Shown piece after piece: positions 36,938 through 45,426 of a DNA stretch of 64,000 nt (positions within the stretch are counted from its first letter, which is position 1; every line of letters begins with the position of its first letter). The stretch is from Planctomycetota bacterium (GTDB lineage Bacteria; Planctomycetota; Brocadiia; JAADGH01): NCBI GenBank assembly GCA_040755855.1, contig JBFMAD010000022.1, positions 34,967 to 98,966 on the forward strand, read 5' to 3'. Made by a program: the position numbers and the translations under genes. The notes beneath the pieces were generated by a model, which searched no databases, had not been told where the DNA came from, and was given only the letters and a program-made list of their open reading frames with translations.

Positions 36938-36955
36938 AAAAGAATCTTGAGGCCG

Positions 36956-39499
36956 CTACGCAACCCAGACATATCGCGCAAAGGCATTCGCCGGCGTCAC
37001 CGCCCCCGTCCACGTCGGACCCACCACCCTCAGTGTGTTCCCCACGCCCGCCACCGTGCCGCCATCGCCGATCGCCCCAGTAAAGTTACCGATCACTGTC
37101 ACATCCCCAAAAATCCCCGACAGAAGCGTCCCGCTCAGATCTCCTACGATCTGCATCCGCACCATCTGCGACGATCCGGTTACGTCCACTGTCCCCCCAA
37201 CCTCCCCCCGAGCGAAGAACCGGCCCGCCAGGTCCGCGCCAAACGTCGCCGTCGAGCCCGCCTCAACGCTCGGCGCGCCAAGTCCGGCCAGGATAAGGAC
37301 CTTCGACACGTTCCCGCCCAGCGTCACCGCCGATCCGCCCGCGATCCCGCCGATCACCCTGAACAGCCCCGTCGTCCCCGCCACGTTCACCGTCGCGCCG
37401 TCCATGTCCCCCGTCACCATAATCCGATTCGCATTGCCCCCTATGCCTATGGAGGTATTGCTGACGCCGCCCAAATTCACGAACCTGGTCAGGTCGCCGG
37501 TCACGTTGACGTTGAGGCTGTTCGCTGCGCCGACGATCTGGAGGAAGTTCAGGTCCCCGCCGATCGTGATGTCGGTGTTCTGTACGACGCCGAGGCGGTT
37601 GATGAACCTGATAGCACCCAGCGATTCCCCGCCCGACGTCTCGACCGTGCCGAGGACGAGCGTATTCCCGCCGGCCTTGGGGTTCATATCCCTGGCCATG
37701 AGCATGGAGCGGTTGGTGCTGCCGAATATCTGAATAGAGCCGATGTCCTGGTTCGGATCGTCCAACGGCGACAGGCCGTTAGTCGTGGCTACCCACGCCT
37801 CGCCATCGCCCTTGTACATCAAAAGTATGTAATCGCCATCCAGATCGTAGAACCGGACCTTAGGATTGACCTTGTTCAGGACCAGCGGCGTCATGCCGAT
37901 ACCCGTCAGCGACAGATCAACTATCCCCTCATCGGGGTCGTTGCTTTCGATGCGCAAGGTGTCGGCTTTGATGCCTCCGGACGTCGGATCGAAGGTGACG
38001 GTCACCGTTTCGGAATCGCCCGCCGCAATGGTTCCGCCCAAGAAGCCGCTCACGCTGAATCCCACACTGCCGAGCACGCTGACAGAGGCGATGTTCAGGT
38101 CTGCGCTGCCATCGTTCGTGATTGTGACCGTTCCAGTCTGCGCAGCGCCGCCTGCACCGTCCGCCAACGTATAGCCGAAGCCCATGGCTAGGTCATCTGG
38201 CAGTCCAACAGAATCGGTGACGGTGATCTCCGCCCCCCCTTCATACCGCGACAAGGCGAAGTCTTCGCCAGTGCCGGTGCTTGCGTATCCCGCCACCACG
38301 ATCATGCCGTTGGCATCGATTTGCAGGCCACGACCATAGGCGTTGCTGCCAATAGCAGTTGTGATCTTGCCGTCGCCGCCAAAGGAGGTATCTAAGCTAC
38401 CGTCGGTGTTGTAGCGCGCTAAGGCGAAGTATCCCGATGCTTCGCCGGCAAGCAAGATTTTTCCGTCAGACTGAACGGCGAGAGCGTAACTAATGTCACT
38501 TCCCCCTGCAAAGTCTGTGGTCACTATGCCATTCACACCGAATGTGGTATCCAGACTGCCGTCGGTGTTGTATCGGGCCAAGGCGAAATTTGCGGGACCG
38601 CCGGGGGACGCCCCTCCCCCCACCACGATCATGCCATTCGGCTCGATTGCCACCGCCCGGGCAACCGCATTGGTATCGGGGACGGTTATGACCTTACCAT
38701 CGTCACTGAACGAAGTGTCCAAGCTCCCGTCTGTGTTGTACCTGACCACAAAAAAGTGGTCGCCGGCGCCGCTCCAAGCTCCGCCCACCACAACGATTTT
38801 TCCATCCTCCTGGAGCGCCATTGCGTTTCCCCAATCGTTGCCAAGACCGTAAATCGCAGTGACGACCTTTCCGTCCCCATCAAAGGTCGTATCCAGTGTG
38901 CCGTCGCTATTATAGCGGGCCACAGCGGGTTTGAACTTGCCGGCATCATTGCCATAGCCCACCGCCACAATTTTTCCATCGCTTTGGACGGCCAGAGCCA
39001 TAATACCATCGTCTCCAGATCCGAAATCGGTGCTCACCTTTCCCCCGGTCCCGAAGGTCGTGTCCAGACTCCCGTCGGCGTTGTATCGAACGAGCGCAAA
39101 GTCGCGGTTGCCCAGCACCACATCTCCTCCGGCCACAATCTTGCCATCGGGCTGCAAGGCAATAGCACGAGCCTCATCCCAGGCTGCCGGGAAGTTCGTG
39201 GTCACCTTTCCCCCTGTGCCGAATGTCGCGTCCAACGTGCCGTCGGCGTTGTACCGAGCCAGCGCAAAGTCGCGGTTGCCTCCGGTTATTGCATGGCCCG
39301 CGACGATGATCTTGCCGTCCGGCTGGATGGCCATGTCCCAGCCCTGGTCGTTGGCTCCAGCAAAATCGGTTGTGACCAAGCCGCCAATGCCGAAGGTTAG
39401 GTCCAGGTCCCCCGCCGCCGGTGCGATGCGCGGTTCTAATTCCTCAAGGAGAAGTCGCCAATGTATCCGACGTCTTGTGCTTACCACCATTCCCGCCAT
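36956..39499 (-). CDS. large secreted protein: LEELEPR N-terminal motif, 7 delta-60 repeats, choice-of-anchor-D-like domain, beta-helix-like C-terminus
   Basis: ATG 39499 with GGGAGGG RBS. MAGMVVSTRRRIHWRLLLEELEPRIAP; repeats ...QPDGKI(V)VAG...DFALARYN(A/T)DGSLDTTFG.GG x7; then VTITNDGSADLNI...TLRIESNDPDEG. Confidence 0.75.
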   Translation of the reverse strand: MAGMVVSTRRRIHWRLLLEELEPRIAPAAGDLDLTFGIGGLVTTDFAGANDQGWDMAIQPDGKIIVAGHAITGGNRDFALARYNADGTLDATFGTGGKVTTNFPAAWDEARAIALQPDGKIVAGGDVVLGNRDFALVRYNADGSLDTTFGTGGKVSTDFGSGDDGIMALAVQSDGKIVAVGYGNDAGKFKPAVARYNSDGTLDTTFDGDGKVVTAIYGLGNDWGNAMALQEDGKIVVVGGAWSGAGDHFFVVRYNTDGSLDTSFSDDGKVITVPDTNAVARAVAIEPNGMIVVGGGASPGGPANFALARYNTDGSLDTTFGVNGIVTTDFAGGSDISYALAVQSDGKILLAGEASGYFALARYNTDGSLDTSFGGDGKITTAIGSNAYGRGLQIDANGMIVVAGYASTGTGEDFALSRYEGGAEITVTDSVGLPDDLAMGFGYTLADGAGGAAQTGTVTITNDGSADLNIASVSVLGSVGFSVSGFLGGTIAAGDSETVTVTFDPTSGGIKADTLRIESNDPDEGIVDLSLTGIGMTPLVLNKVNPKVRFYDLDGDYILLMYKGDGEAWVATTNGLSPLDDPNQDIGSIQIFGSTNRSMLMARDMNPKAGGNTLVLGTVETSGGESLGAIRFINRLGVVQNTDITIGGDLNFLQIVGAANSLNVNVTGDLTRFVNLGGVSNTSIGIGGNANRIMVTGDMDGATVNVAGTTGLFRVIGGIAGGSAVTLGGNVSKVLILAGLGAPSVEAGSTATFGADLAGRFFARGEVGGTVDVTGSSQMVRMQIVGDLSGTLLSGIFGDVTVIGNFTGAIGDGGTVAGVGNTLRVVGPTWTGAVTPANAFARYVWVA

Positions 39500-39803
39500 G
39501 TTATTCCCTCCCAATGCTAAAGTGGCTCGTGTTCGCAAGCGTCGAGATCGGCTTAAAAAGAAAAACCCGGCTGTCCGTCACACAACGAACTACCGGGTTG
39601 GAAATGCGCGGGATGTGCATTATGTCGCTTGTCCCCCTCCTGAAAATGCGCTACGGATGCGGTCTGTGTATTCCGAGGATGCAATCGTTTCTTTCCCCAT
39701 TCATGCCTTTACAGGCCAATGGCGCAATACGTCCTGATGCGATTCACGATATAGTGTACCCCCCCTGACGGTTTGTCAAGAAGAAACCAAAGTTTTTTTT
39801 CGG

Positions 39804-39832
39804 CATCTATCTGCGTGAATCAGCGTCCGCAT
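39804..39832. repeat. half-copy of the ATCTGCGT...CATCT element seen at 12982-13020 and 23340-23372
   Basis: atctatctgcgtgaatcagcgtccgcatc aligns with the reverse complement of 12985-13016 (atcaatctgcgtttatccgtgctcatc). Confidence 0.5.
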
Positions 39833-39882
39833 CTTGTCGTCTTTCCCACCCTTTATGCGCTTTGTGGTGAAAGAGAGACAGG

Positions 39883-40653
39883 TTATATGTGAATCCCCAT
39901 CCCCGCCGCGGCGGCGAGGTCCGCGCCGGTGACGCGGACGGCGGCGTCGCCGGCGAGATAGACGCACGCGGCGGCGACGTCCTCCACCGTGTTGTATTCG
40001 CCCATAGGCAGGTCGGCCTTGTGCTTCTCCAGCCATTCGCGATCGTGGCCCTCGCCCGCCTGGATCTCGAACTCCTTCTCGGTCAGAATCCACCCGACGG
40101 TGATCCAGTTGACGCGAATCCGATCCGGCGCGAGAATGCGCGCCATGCGCATCGTCATCGCGTGCAACGCGCTCTTGCTGGTGCAGTAGGCGAAGAGGGG
40201 CGGATAGAACCCGAAGGCGTTGCCGGAGCCGATGTTGATGATCGAGCCGCCGCCGCGCCGGCGCATGAGCGGGACGGCGGCCCGGCTGCAGAGGAACGGC
40301 CCGCGCACGTTGATGTCGAAGATTTGGTCCCAGAGGTCCGCGTCGGTCTCCTCCAATGTCGCCCGCGGAAAGACCCCCGCGTTGTTGACGAGGATGTCCA
40401 AGCCCCCGAATTCGTCCGCCGCGCGGCGGCAGACGGCCTCGCAGTCCTCGGGCTTCAGCACATCGGTCTGATGGAAGACGGCCTCGCCGCCGACCTTGCA
40501 CGCAGCCGTCGCGACCTCCTCGCCGCGCTCCCTGCGCCGTCCGCTTACGACGATCTTCGCCCCTTCGGCGGCAAAGGCCGCGACGATGCCCGCGCCGATG
40601 CCGCTGGTCGAGCCGGTGACCACGGCTACCTTGCCGTTCAGTCGTTTTTCCAT
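39883..40653 (-). CDS. SDR-family oxidoreductase
   Basis: GKVAVVTGSTSGIGAGI (TGxxxGxG), NNAG, YCTSKSA (YxxxK). GGAGG RBS. Confidence 0.85.
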   Translation of the reverse strand: MEKRLNGKVAVVTGSTSGIGAGIVAAFAAEGAKIVVSGRRRERGEEVATAACKVGGEAVFHQTDVLKPEDCEAVCRRAADEFGGLDILVNNAGVFPRATLEETDADLWDQIFDINVRGPFLCSRAAVPLMRRRGGGSIINIGSGNAFGFYPPLFAYCTSKSALHAMTMRMARILAPDRIRVNWITVGWILTEKEFEIQAGEGHDREWLEKHKADLPMGEYNTVEDVAAACVYLAGDAAVRVTGADLAAAAGMGIHI

Positions 40654-40679
40654 GTCAATACCTCCGCTACGGCAACCCG

Positions 40680-41795
40680 TCATTCATCCTTCATACCGAA
40701 GTTCTTCTTCACGAACAGAAAGATGTCCTTGAACTGCGCCTCGGGGCCGTCATAGTCCGTGTTCATGCGATGGATGCATTCGATCCCGATGGCGTCCATC
40801 TCCTTCTTCAGGTGCCGGCCGAAGTTGGCGTGATGGATGTTACCGGGGACGTCCTGCGCCTTCTGGTGGAAGACGAAAACCGGCGGGTCGTCCTTTGTCA
40901 GGTGGGTGATGGGCGAGGCGTCCTTCATCCTCGCCGAGAGGTCCTCCGTCACCTGCGCCGTGTCCCAGTCCCAGTCCTGCGGGACGGCGAAGAGCTGCTT
41001 GAGCGCGCCGTCGTTGTAGGCGGGGCCGGGGACGATCTTCTTGATCTCGCGCGGGTCATAGGTGCACTGCGCCTGCAGGCCGACGGCGCACGCGAGTCGC
41101 GTGGACTGCCGGGCCACGGGGTCGTCGCTCTTAGGGTCGGCCATATCGTCGTGGAATGCCAGCCAGAAGGAGATGCCCGCTCCGGCGGAACCGCCGTAGG
41201 CGGCGATGCGTTTCGGGTCTATGTTCCACTCCGCGGCCTTGCTGCGGAGGAACTGGATCGCCCGCGCGCTGTCGTGCATCTGGGCCGGATAGGGGGCCTG
41301 ATCGGACAGGCGGTAGTTGGCCGCGGCGAATGAGATGCCGGACTCGAGGCACCACTTGTGAAGGAACATGTTCACGCCTTTCTTGTCCCCGCCTCGGAAG
41401 CCGCCGCCGTGAAAGAAAACAAGCACAGGCGTCGGCGTATCCGACTTCGCCTTCCAGAAGTCGAGGACGTTGCGCTCATGGGGACCGTACGGAACATCCG
41501 CAAAATCCGGCGTGGGGCGTTGGGGCTGGTCCATTCCTTTTCTCCCTTCTGGGCGCTGGCCGCGGGCCTGGCGGAACGCCTTGTCTTCCTCGATCGTGAT
41601 GAATCCGTCCTTGTTCGCGTCAATCCGGTCGAACATGCGCTTAAATTGCTCGGGGAACTCATCGCGCGAGAGTTTTCCGTCGTTGTCGCGGTCATTCCTC
41701 TTGAAGAACTGCTCCGCCTGCTGCGCGTGGCAGGGCAAGGCAAGGGACGCGAGCACCCACATGGCCAAGAGCCACCCTTGCATGTGACGAACCAT
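40680..41795 (-). CDS. secreted alpha/beta hydrolase (esterase) with N-terminal EF-hand pair
   Basis: ATG 41795 with AGGAGG RBS; signal peptide; DRDNDGKLSRDEF and DANKDGFITIEE EF-hand loops; HGGGF oxyanion motif and GGSAGAG nucleophile elbow. Confidence 0.75.
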   Translation of the reverse strand: MVRHMQGWLLAMWVLASLALPCHAQQAEQFFKRNDRDNDGKLSRDEFPEQFKRMFDRIDANKDGFITIEEDKAFRQARGQRPEGRKGMDQPQRPTPDFADVPYGPHERNVLDFWKAKSDTPTPVLVFFHGGGFRGGDKKGVNMFLHKWCLESGISFAAANYRLSDQAPYPAQMHDSARAIQFLRSKAAEWNIDPKRIAAYGGSAGAGISFWLAFHDDMADPKSDDPVARQSTRLACAVGLQAQCTYDPREIKKIVPGPAYNDGALKQLFAVPQDWDWDTAQVTEDLSARMKDASPITHLTKDDPPVFVFHQKAQDVPGNIHHANFGRHLKKEMDAIGIECIHRMNTDYDGPEAQFKDIFLFVKKNFGMKDE

Positions 41796-41808
41796 GACCG
41801 CCTCCTTT

Positions 41809-43638
41809 CTATCCCTTGAAGAAATCCCACAGCACCGCGCCGTCGGCGTCCTTCGGCACAGGGATGCCGAGGGCTGAAGCCAACGTCGGGGCGACGCTGG
41901 TGATCCGCGTCGGCCTCTCCCGCCGGTAGCCCCGCCGGACGCCCGGCCCGGCGATGACGAAGTAGGAGTCGTCGGAATGCTCGCCCGAATTGAGGCGCGG
42001 CCAGTCCCATGTCCCCCGCGCCTTCGGGTCGGGGTGCATCTTGAAAAACTCCTCCTTCGTCGGCTTCTCCGCATGGGCCGGGATGACGAAGATGTCCCCC
42101 GCGAAATCGCCCGCTACGCCGAGCTGCGCCGCGTCCTCGATGGGCAGGACGGCCTGGAAGACATGCCGTCCCTTCTCGTCCTTCATATCCAGCAGCGCGT
42201 CAATGAGCTGCGCCTTGATCGACTGGTATTCCTCGCTGCCCGGCTCGACGACGCCGTCGGGGAACCGCCCCTTCGTGTTGATGTAAATGTAATGATGGAT
42301 GGCGAAGGCCCTTGTGGGTTTCCCCTCCCCCACGAGACCCAATTGGCGCAGGATCGGGTGCAGCGGCGCATGCCCCCCGCCGCTGTAGTTCGTCGCCCCG
42401 CCGTGGTCGGAGACCATTGCAACCACGCCGTCCTTCCCCGCCGCCTCCATGACGGTGCGGACGATGGAGTCGCCGATGCCCATGAGGCGATCCCAGTAGG
42501 CCCACCCCTCCTCCGCGCGGGCGGGATCGTAAAGGGCGTGCTCCTCGTCTATCATGTACATGGTCAGGTGGTTCGTCCAGTCGGGACCGTGCCACTTGAA
42601 CATAAAGAGGTCCCACTCCTCATTATTCAGGACATACTCGGCGGCCTTGCGATACCAGTTGCCCATGTACTCCTGCTCCTGGAAGTAGGTCTCGATGTCC
42701 GAGGCGTTGCCGATGACCACCTGCTGGCGGGAGCACTGGATGATGTAAGGCCCGCAGTGTTCGATGAGCCTCGGCGCGAGGTTGGCCGGATGGGAGAAAC
42801 CTGCTGCCGGGTAGATCTCGCTCAGGTAGAGGTGCACTTCCATCCCATCGGGCGAGAGTTTGAGCAGCTTGCCGCTCACGTGGGCGTCCACCGGTCCCCC
42901 GTCGGCGGTGAAGGTGTGCCGCGCCCAGTCGGACCACTCGCCCAGCCGCACGGTGAAGAGCGGCGTCCTGGCATCCTTCGATGCAAGGACCGAGACGGCC
43001 TCGTACCCAGATGGTCCCTTCTCGCTCCGCCCGAACAGCGACGAGACTGCCTTGTATCTGCACGGCAGCATCCTCCGCCAGCGGGGGTTAGCCTCGGTGG
43101 GCATGATGGGCATCTCAAACTCGATCACGCCGCCGGTCTCCACGGGCTGGATGTGGGTCACGTGGTCGCCGTCGGGGATGTCGGGGTTGGTGGTGTAGGC
43201 CCGGGCCTCCTGCAGGGCGCGGATGGCGTAGTGCGGCCGGCCGTCCTCGCCGACGTGGATGATGTTGTCCTCGAAGCGCAGGGGGTAGGACTGAGTCCAG
43301 TCGAAGATGACCGACCGCTTCCCCGCACGGTGCGCCGCGCCCCAGAGCTGCTCGGCCTTGCAGTAGGTGGAGGGGAAGGCCTGGACCATCCGGCCCATCG
43401 GCGCGCCCGGCTCGGGCATCGCCATATTGCAGCCGTGCGCGGAGGGCGTCGCGCCGGTGGCCAGGCAGGCCCAGTTCGTCGCCGTCTCCATGGGATAGCA
43501 GGGCCATGTCTGGGTGACGCTGCCCCTCTCTATCAGCTTCTTCACCGTCGGCATCACGCCGCGCCGGACGAACTTTTCCAGGAACCACAATGAGATCGAG
43601 TCGAACCCGACGACCGCAAGTCGCTTAGCCTTTGCCAT
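41809..43638 (-). CDS. alkaline-phosphatase-superfamily protein, nucleotide pyrophosphatase/phosphodiesterase (NPP)-like
   Basis: LAVVGFDSIS (metal Asp), YPMETATNWACLATGATPSAHG (Thr nucleophile context), VSDHGG. ATG at 43638; GTG at 43650 is the track start. Confidence 0.65.
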   Translation of the reverse strand: MAKAKRLAVVGFDSISLWFLEKFVRRGVMPTVKKLIERGSVTQTWPCYPMETATNWACLATGATPSAHGCNMAMPEPGAPMGRMVQAFPSTYCKAEQLWGAAHRAGKRSVIFDWTQSYPLRFEDNIIHVGEDGRPHYAIRALQEARAYTTNPDIPDGDHVTHIQPVETGGVIEFEMPIMPTEANPRWRRMLPCRYKAVSSLFGRSEKGPSGYEAVSVLASKDARTPLFTVRLGEWSDWARHTFTADGGPVDAHVSGKLLKLSPDGMEVHLYLSEIYPAAGFSHPANLAPRLIEHCGPYIIQCSRQQVVIGNASDIETYFQEQEYMGNWYRKAAEYVLNNEEWDLFMFKWHGPDWTNHLTMYMIDEEHALYDPARAEEGWAYWDRLMGIGDSIVRTVMEAAGKDGVVAMVSDHGGATNYSGGGHAPLHPILRQLGLVGEGKPTRAFAIHHYIYINTKGRFPDGVVEPGSEEYQSIKAQLIDALLDMKDEKGRHVFQAVLPIEDAAQLGVAGDFAGDIFVIPAHAEKPTKEEFFKMHPDPKARGTWDWPRLNSGEHSDDSYFVIAGPGVRRGYRRERPTRITSVAPTLASALGIPVPKDADGAVLWDFFKG

Positions 43639-43895
43639 GCTCAAACTCACTCCTTACTCTGTCAGTATTCCTTGACGCCGTCGATGCCTGCAGCCCAAGC
43701 GCGCTTTAATATCATTGCGAGGCCCGCGCCTCGTCGTCGCCCGAAACGGAGACTCCGAGCAATGACAAGTACACAAGATAACATCATGTTACGAAGTGCC
43801 GTTTCAATATGAAAGCCCCTTCCCATCCCTTGGGAGAGCGTGGAGATGCCGCTTCGACCATCCGTCGGGCAAATTGTCCAGCCCATCTGATCATG

Positions 43896-44563
43896 GCTAT
43901 ATGTTAGCACTACCATATCGCTACAGAAACCCCCGAACCCACAATAGGGAGGGCCCGATTGTTGCGGGAGATGGGGGAGTCTGTGGCGCCGCGTTCTCCG
44001 GGCCTCGCGGCAGCAACGGCGCCGCCCGGCCTCGACCATGCTGGATAGGTATTGACCTTGATATGTTGGCATAAACATATCACCGTACCCCCCCCGGCCT
44101 CTTCGCCCACGCCGCGCTTGCGCCGGCCGATGAGGGGACCCGGTGCGCCGTCTTTTTTGGACCACGCGGCGGCGAGGGGGCCTCCATGCTTCAGCCCTGC
44201 AAGGCTGGCATCCATGCCGATATATTGGCAAGAACATACCACTGCACAAATAACCATTATCTCTCCCGACTGCCGTCCCACCCCGCGAGATCGCGTATGG
44301 CCGCGACGCCGCCCGCCCTGGGGATCGTCGCTGCGAGGATACCGAGATACTTCGACTGCGACGGACAGCAGCGACGCCGATATGTTAGAACGAACATATC
44401 AGTGCAGTAACGCCAAGGAACCTTCCGTGCCCAGCCCGCATCCCGCGAGACCGGGAGCGACCGATGCGGCGCGCTCTCGGAGCTTCGTCGCTGCGACGAT
44501 ACCGACATATGCCAGCCATGCGGGGCCGGTATTGACGCCGATATGCTGATGCGAACATATCAG
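43896..44563. repeat. phased array of five ATATGTT-N6-AACATAT palindromes, period 159-162 bp, in a diverged tandem repeat
   Basis: Sites at 43899-43918, 44061-44080, 44220-44239, 44380-44399 and 44541-44560. Shared blocks one period apart: GGTATTGAC at 44049/44529; CGTCGCTGCGAsGATACCGAsATA at 44326/44486. Confidence 0.8.
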
Positions 44564-44577
44564 CCCAGAAACACCCA

Positions 44578-45216
44578 TCAGAGGGTCCCCTTTCCGCGCG
44601 GTTTCCCGTAACGCCCCGCCCGAAGCTTGTCTTTCAACTGTCTGACGCCGTCTCTGATGATCTGCAGCGCGTGGACCGATGGGTTGTTCCCGATGTGGTC
44701 CCGCTCGCCGCCCAGGGTCCAGAGGACCTCTCCTGTCTTCACATCCACACAGCGCGACTCGAAGGCCACGACGGATTGATTCCAAGGCATCCAGCCGCTT
44801 GTGTGGAACTTAGTTGCGCGGCCGACCACCACCGCGTCTACTTCGAGGACCGTCCCGAACGCACCGACATCGCTCCCATCGAAGCGTCCGGTCTGGGAGA
44901 GATTATGTTTGGCCAGGCGCTTATACACCTCACCCCGCCCCACGACGGTGTACCGCCCAGTCGAGGCGAGAAATTCCGCCAACCTGTTTGGTATGAGATC
45001 GCTTCCACCCGTTAGCTCGATGGCCCTATTCTCCTTGGTCGCCTTGGCCATGTAGTCGTCTGGTTTCCACTCGAAGTCAAGAACGGCGATCTTCTTTATC
45101 CTCTCCTGGTCCACGCTCCCCGGCGGCGCCACCGTCACCTGGGCCAGACATCCCGACACGAGAAACATCGACAATAGACAAAATGAATTTCTTTCGGCTG
45201 CTCCCCGGTTTGCCAT
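44578..45216 (-). CDS. lipoprotein, CsgG/LpoB-like fold family
   Basis: MANRGAAERNSFCLLSMFLVSGC (lipobox), IAVLDFEWK..., LEVDAVVVGRATKF...RCVDVKTGEVLW. Paralog of 52921..53532. The track start at 45234 is TTG. Confidence 0.6.
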   Translation of the reverse strand: MANRGAAERNSFCLLSMFLVSGCLAQVTVAPPGSVDQERIKKIAVLDFEWKPDDYMAKATKENRAIELTGGSDLIPNRLAEFLASTGRYTVVGRGEVYKRLAKHNLSQTGRFDGSDVGAFGTVLEVDAVVVGRATKFHTSGWMPWNQSVVAFESRCVDVKTGEVLWTLGGERDHIGNNPSVHALQIIRDGVRQLKDKLRAGRYGKPRGKGTL

Positions 45217-45344
45217 TTCCAGCCCTCGCTTCAACCGTATTTCCTTCCGAACCCGTACGCTACCATCCTACAAAAAATCCGACCCATGCCAAGAGAAAAT
45301 AGGCTTGAGAGGAGGATGGAAGTCTTTTTGCCGTCGAAATGCCA

Positions 45345-45374
45345 TTGACGCGGCGCGGATTGGTTTGGTATGAT
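45345..45374 (+). promoter_or_regulatory. putative sigma70 promoter upstream of lpxD
   Basis: TTGACG (45345-45350), 18-nt spacer, TGgTATGAT extended -10 (TATGAT at 45369-45374). Confidence 0.4.
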
Positions 45375-45426
45375 GCGTTCACGCGCAGGCCGCCACATCC
45401 GCACATTCTGCTCGGAGGGAGAGGCG

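Noticed and set aside
39540-39600. Hairpin AACCCGG...CCGGGTT followed by a T-run on the minus strand, as an intrinsic terminator
   Set aside because: The stem is only 7 bp with a 22-nt loop, and the hairpin sits about 300 bp from the nearest upstream stop codon. This is weak evidence.
44049-44080. TTGAC-containing segment before palindromes 2 and 5 as sigma70 (or TGGCA-N-type sigma54) promoters repeated in each unit
   Set aside because: Only two of the five units have TTGAC. The hexamers at -10 distance (ACATAT/CATATC) are poor. The sigma54 -12 GC element is absent.
43662-44549. ORFs 43662..44249(-), 43910..44281(-), 44052..44549(+), 44257..44508(-) and 44399..44785(-) in the array region
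   Set aside because: They are Arg/Pro/Gly-rich, overlap one another in several frames, have no RBS, and the 160-bp repeat does not stay in frame. They look like by-products of GC-rich non-coding DNA.
43896-44563. CRISPR array or integron attC cassette array as an explanation for the periodic palindromes
   Set aside because: The period (~160 bp) is far longer than CRISPR repeat-plus-spacer units, and the inter-site segments are homologous to each other, so they are not spacers. No cas genes and no IntI integrase are in the window. The motifs do not fit GTTRRRY/RYYYAAC well, and there is no room for cassette ORFs.
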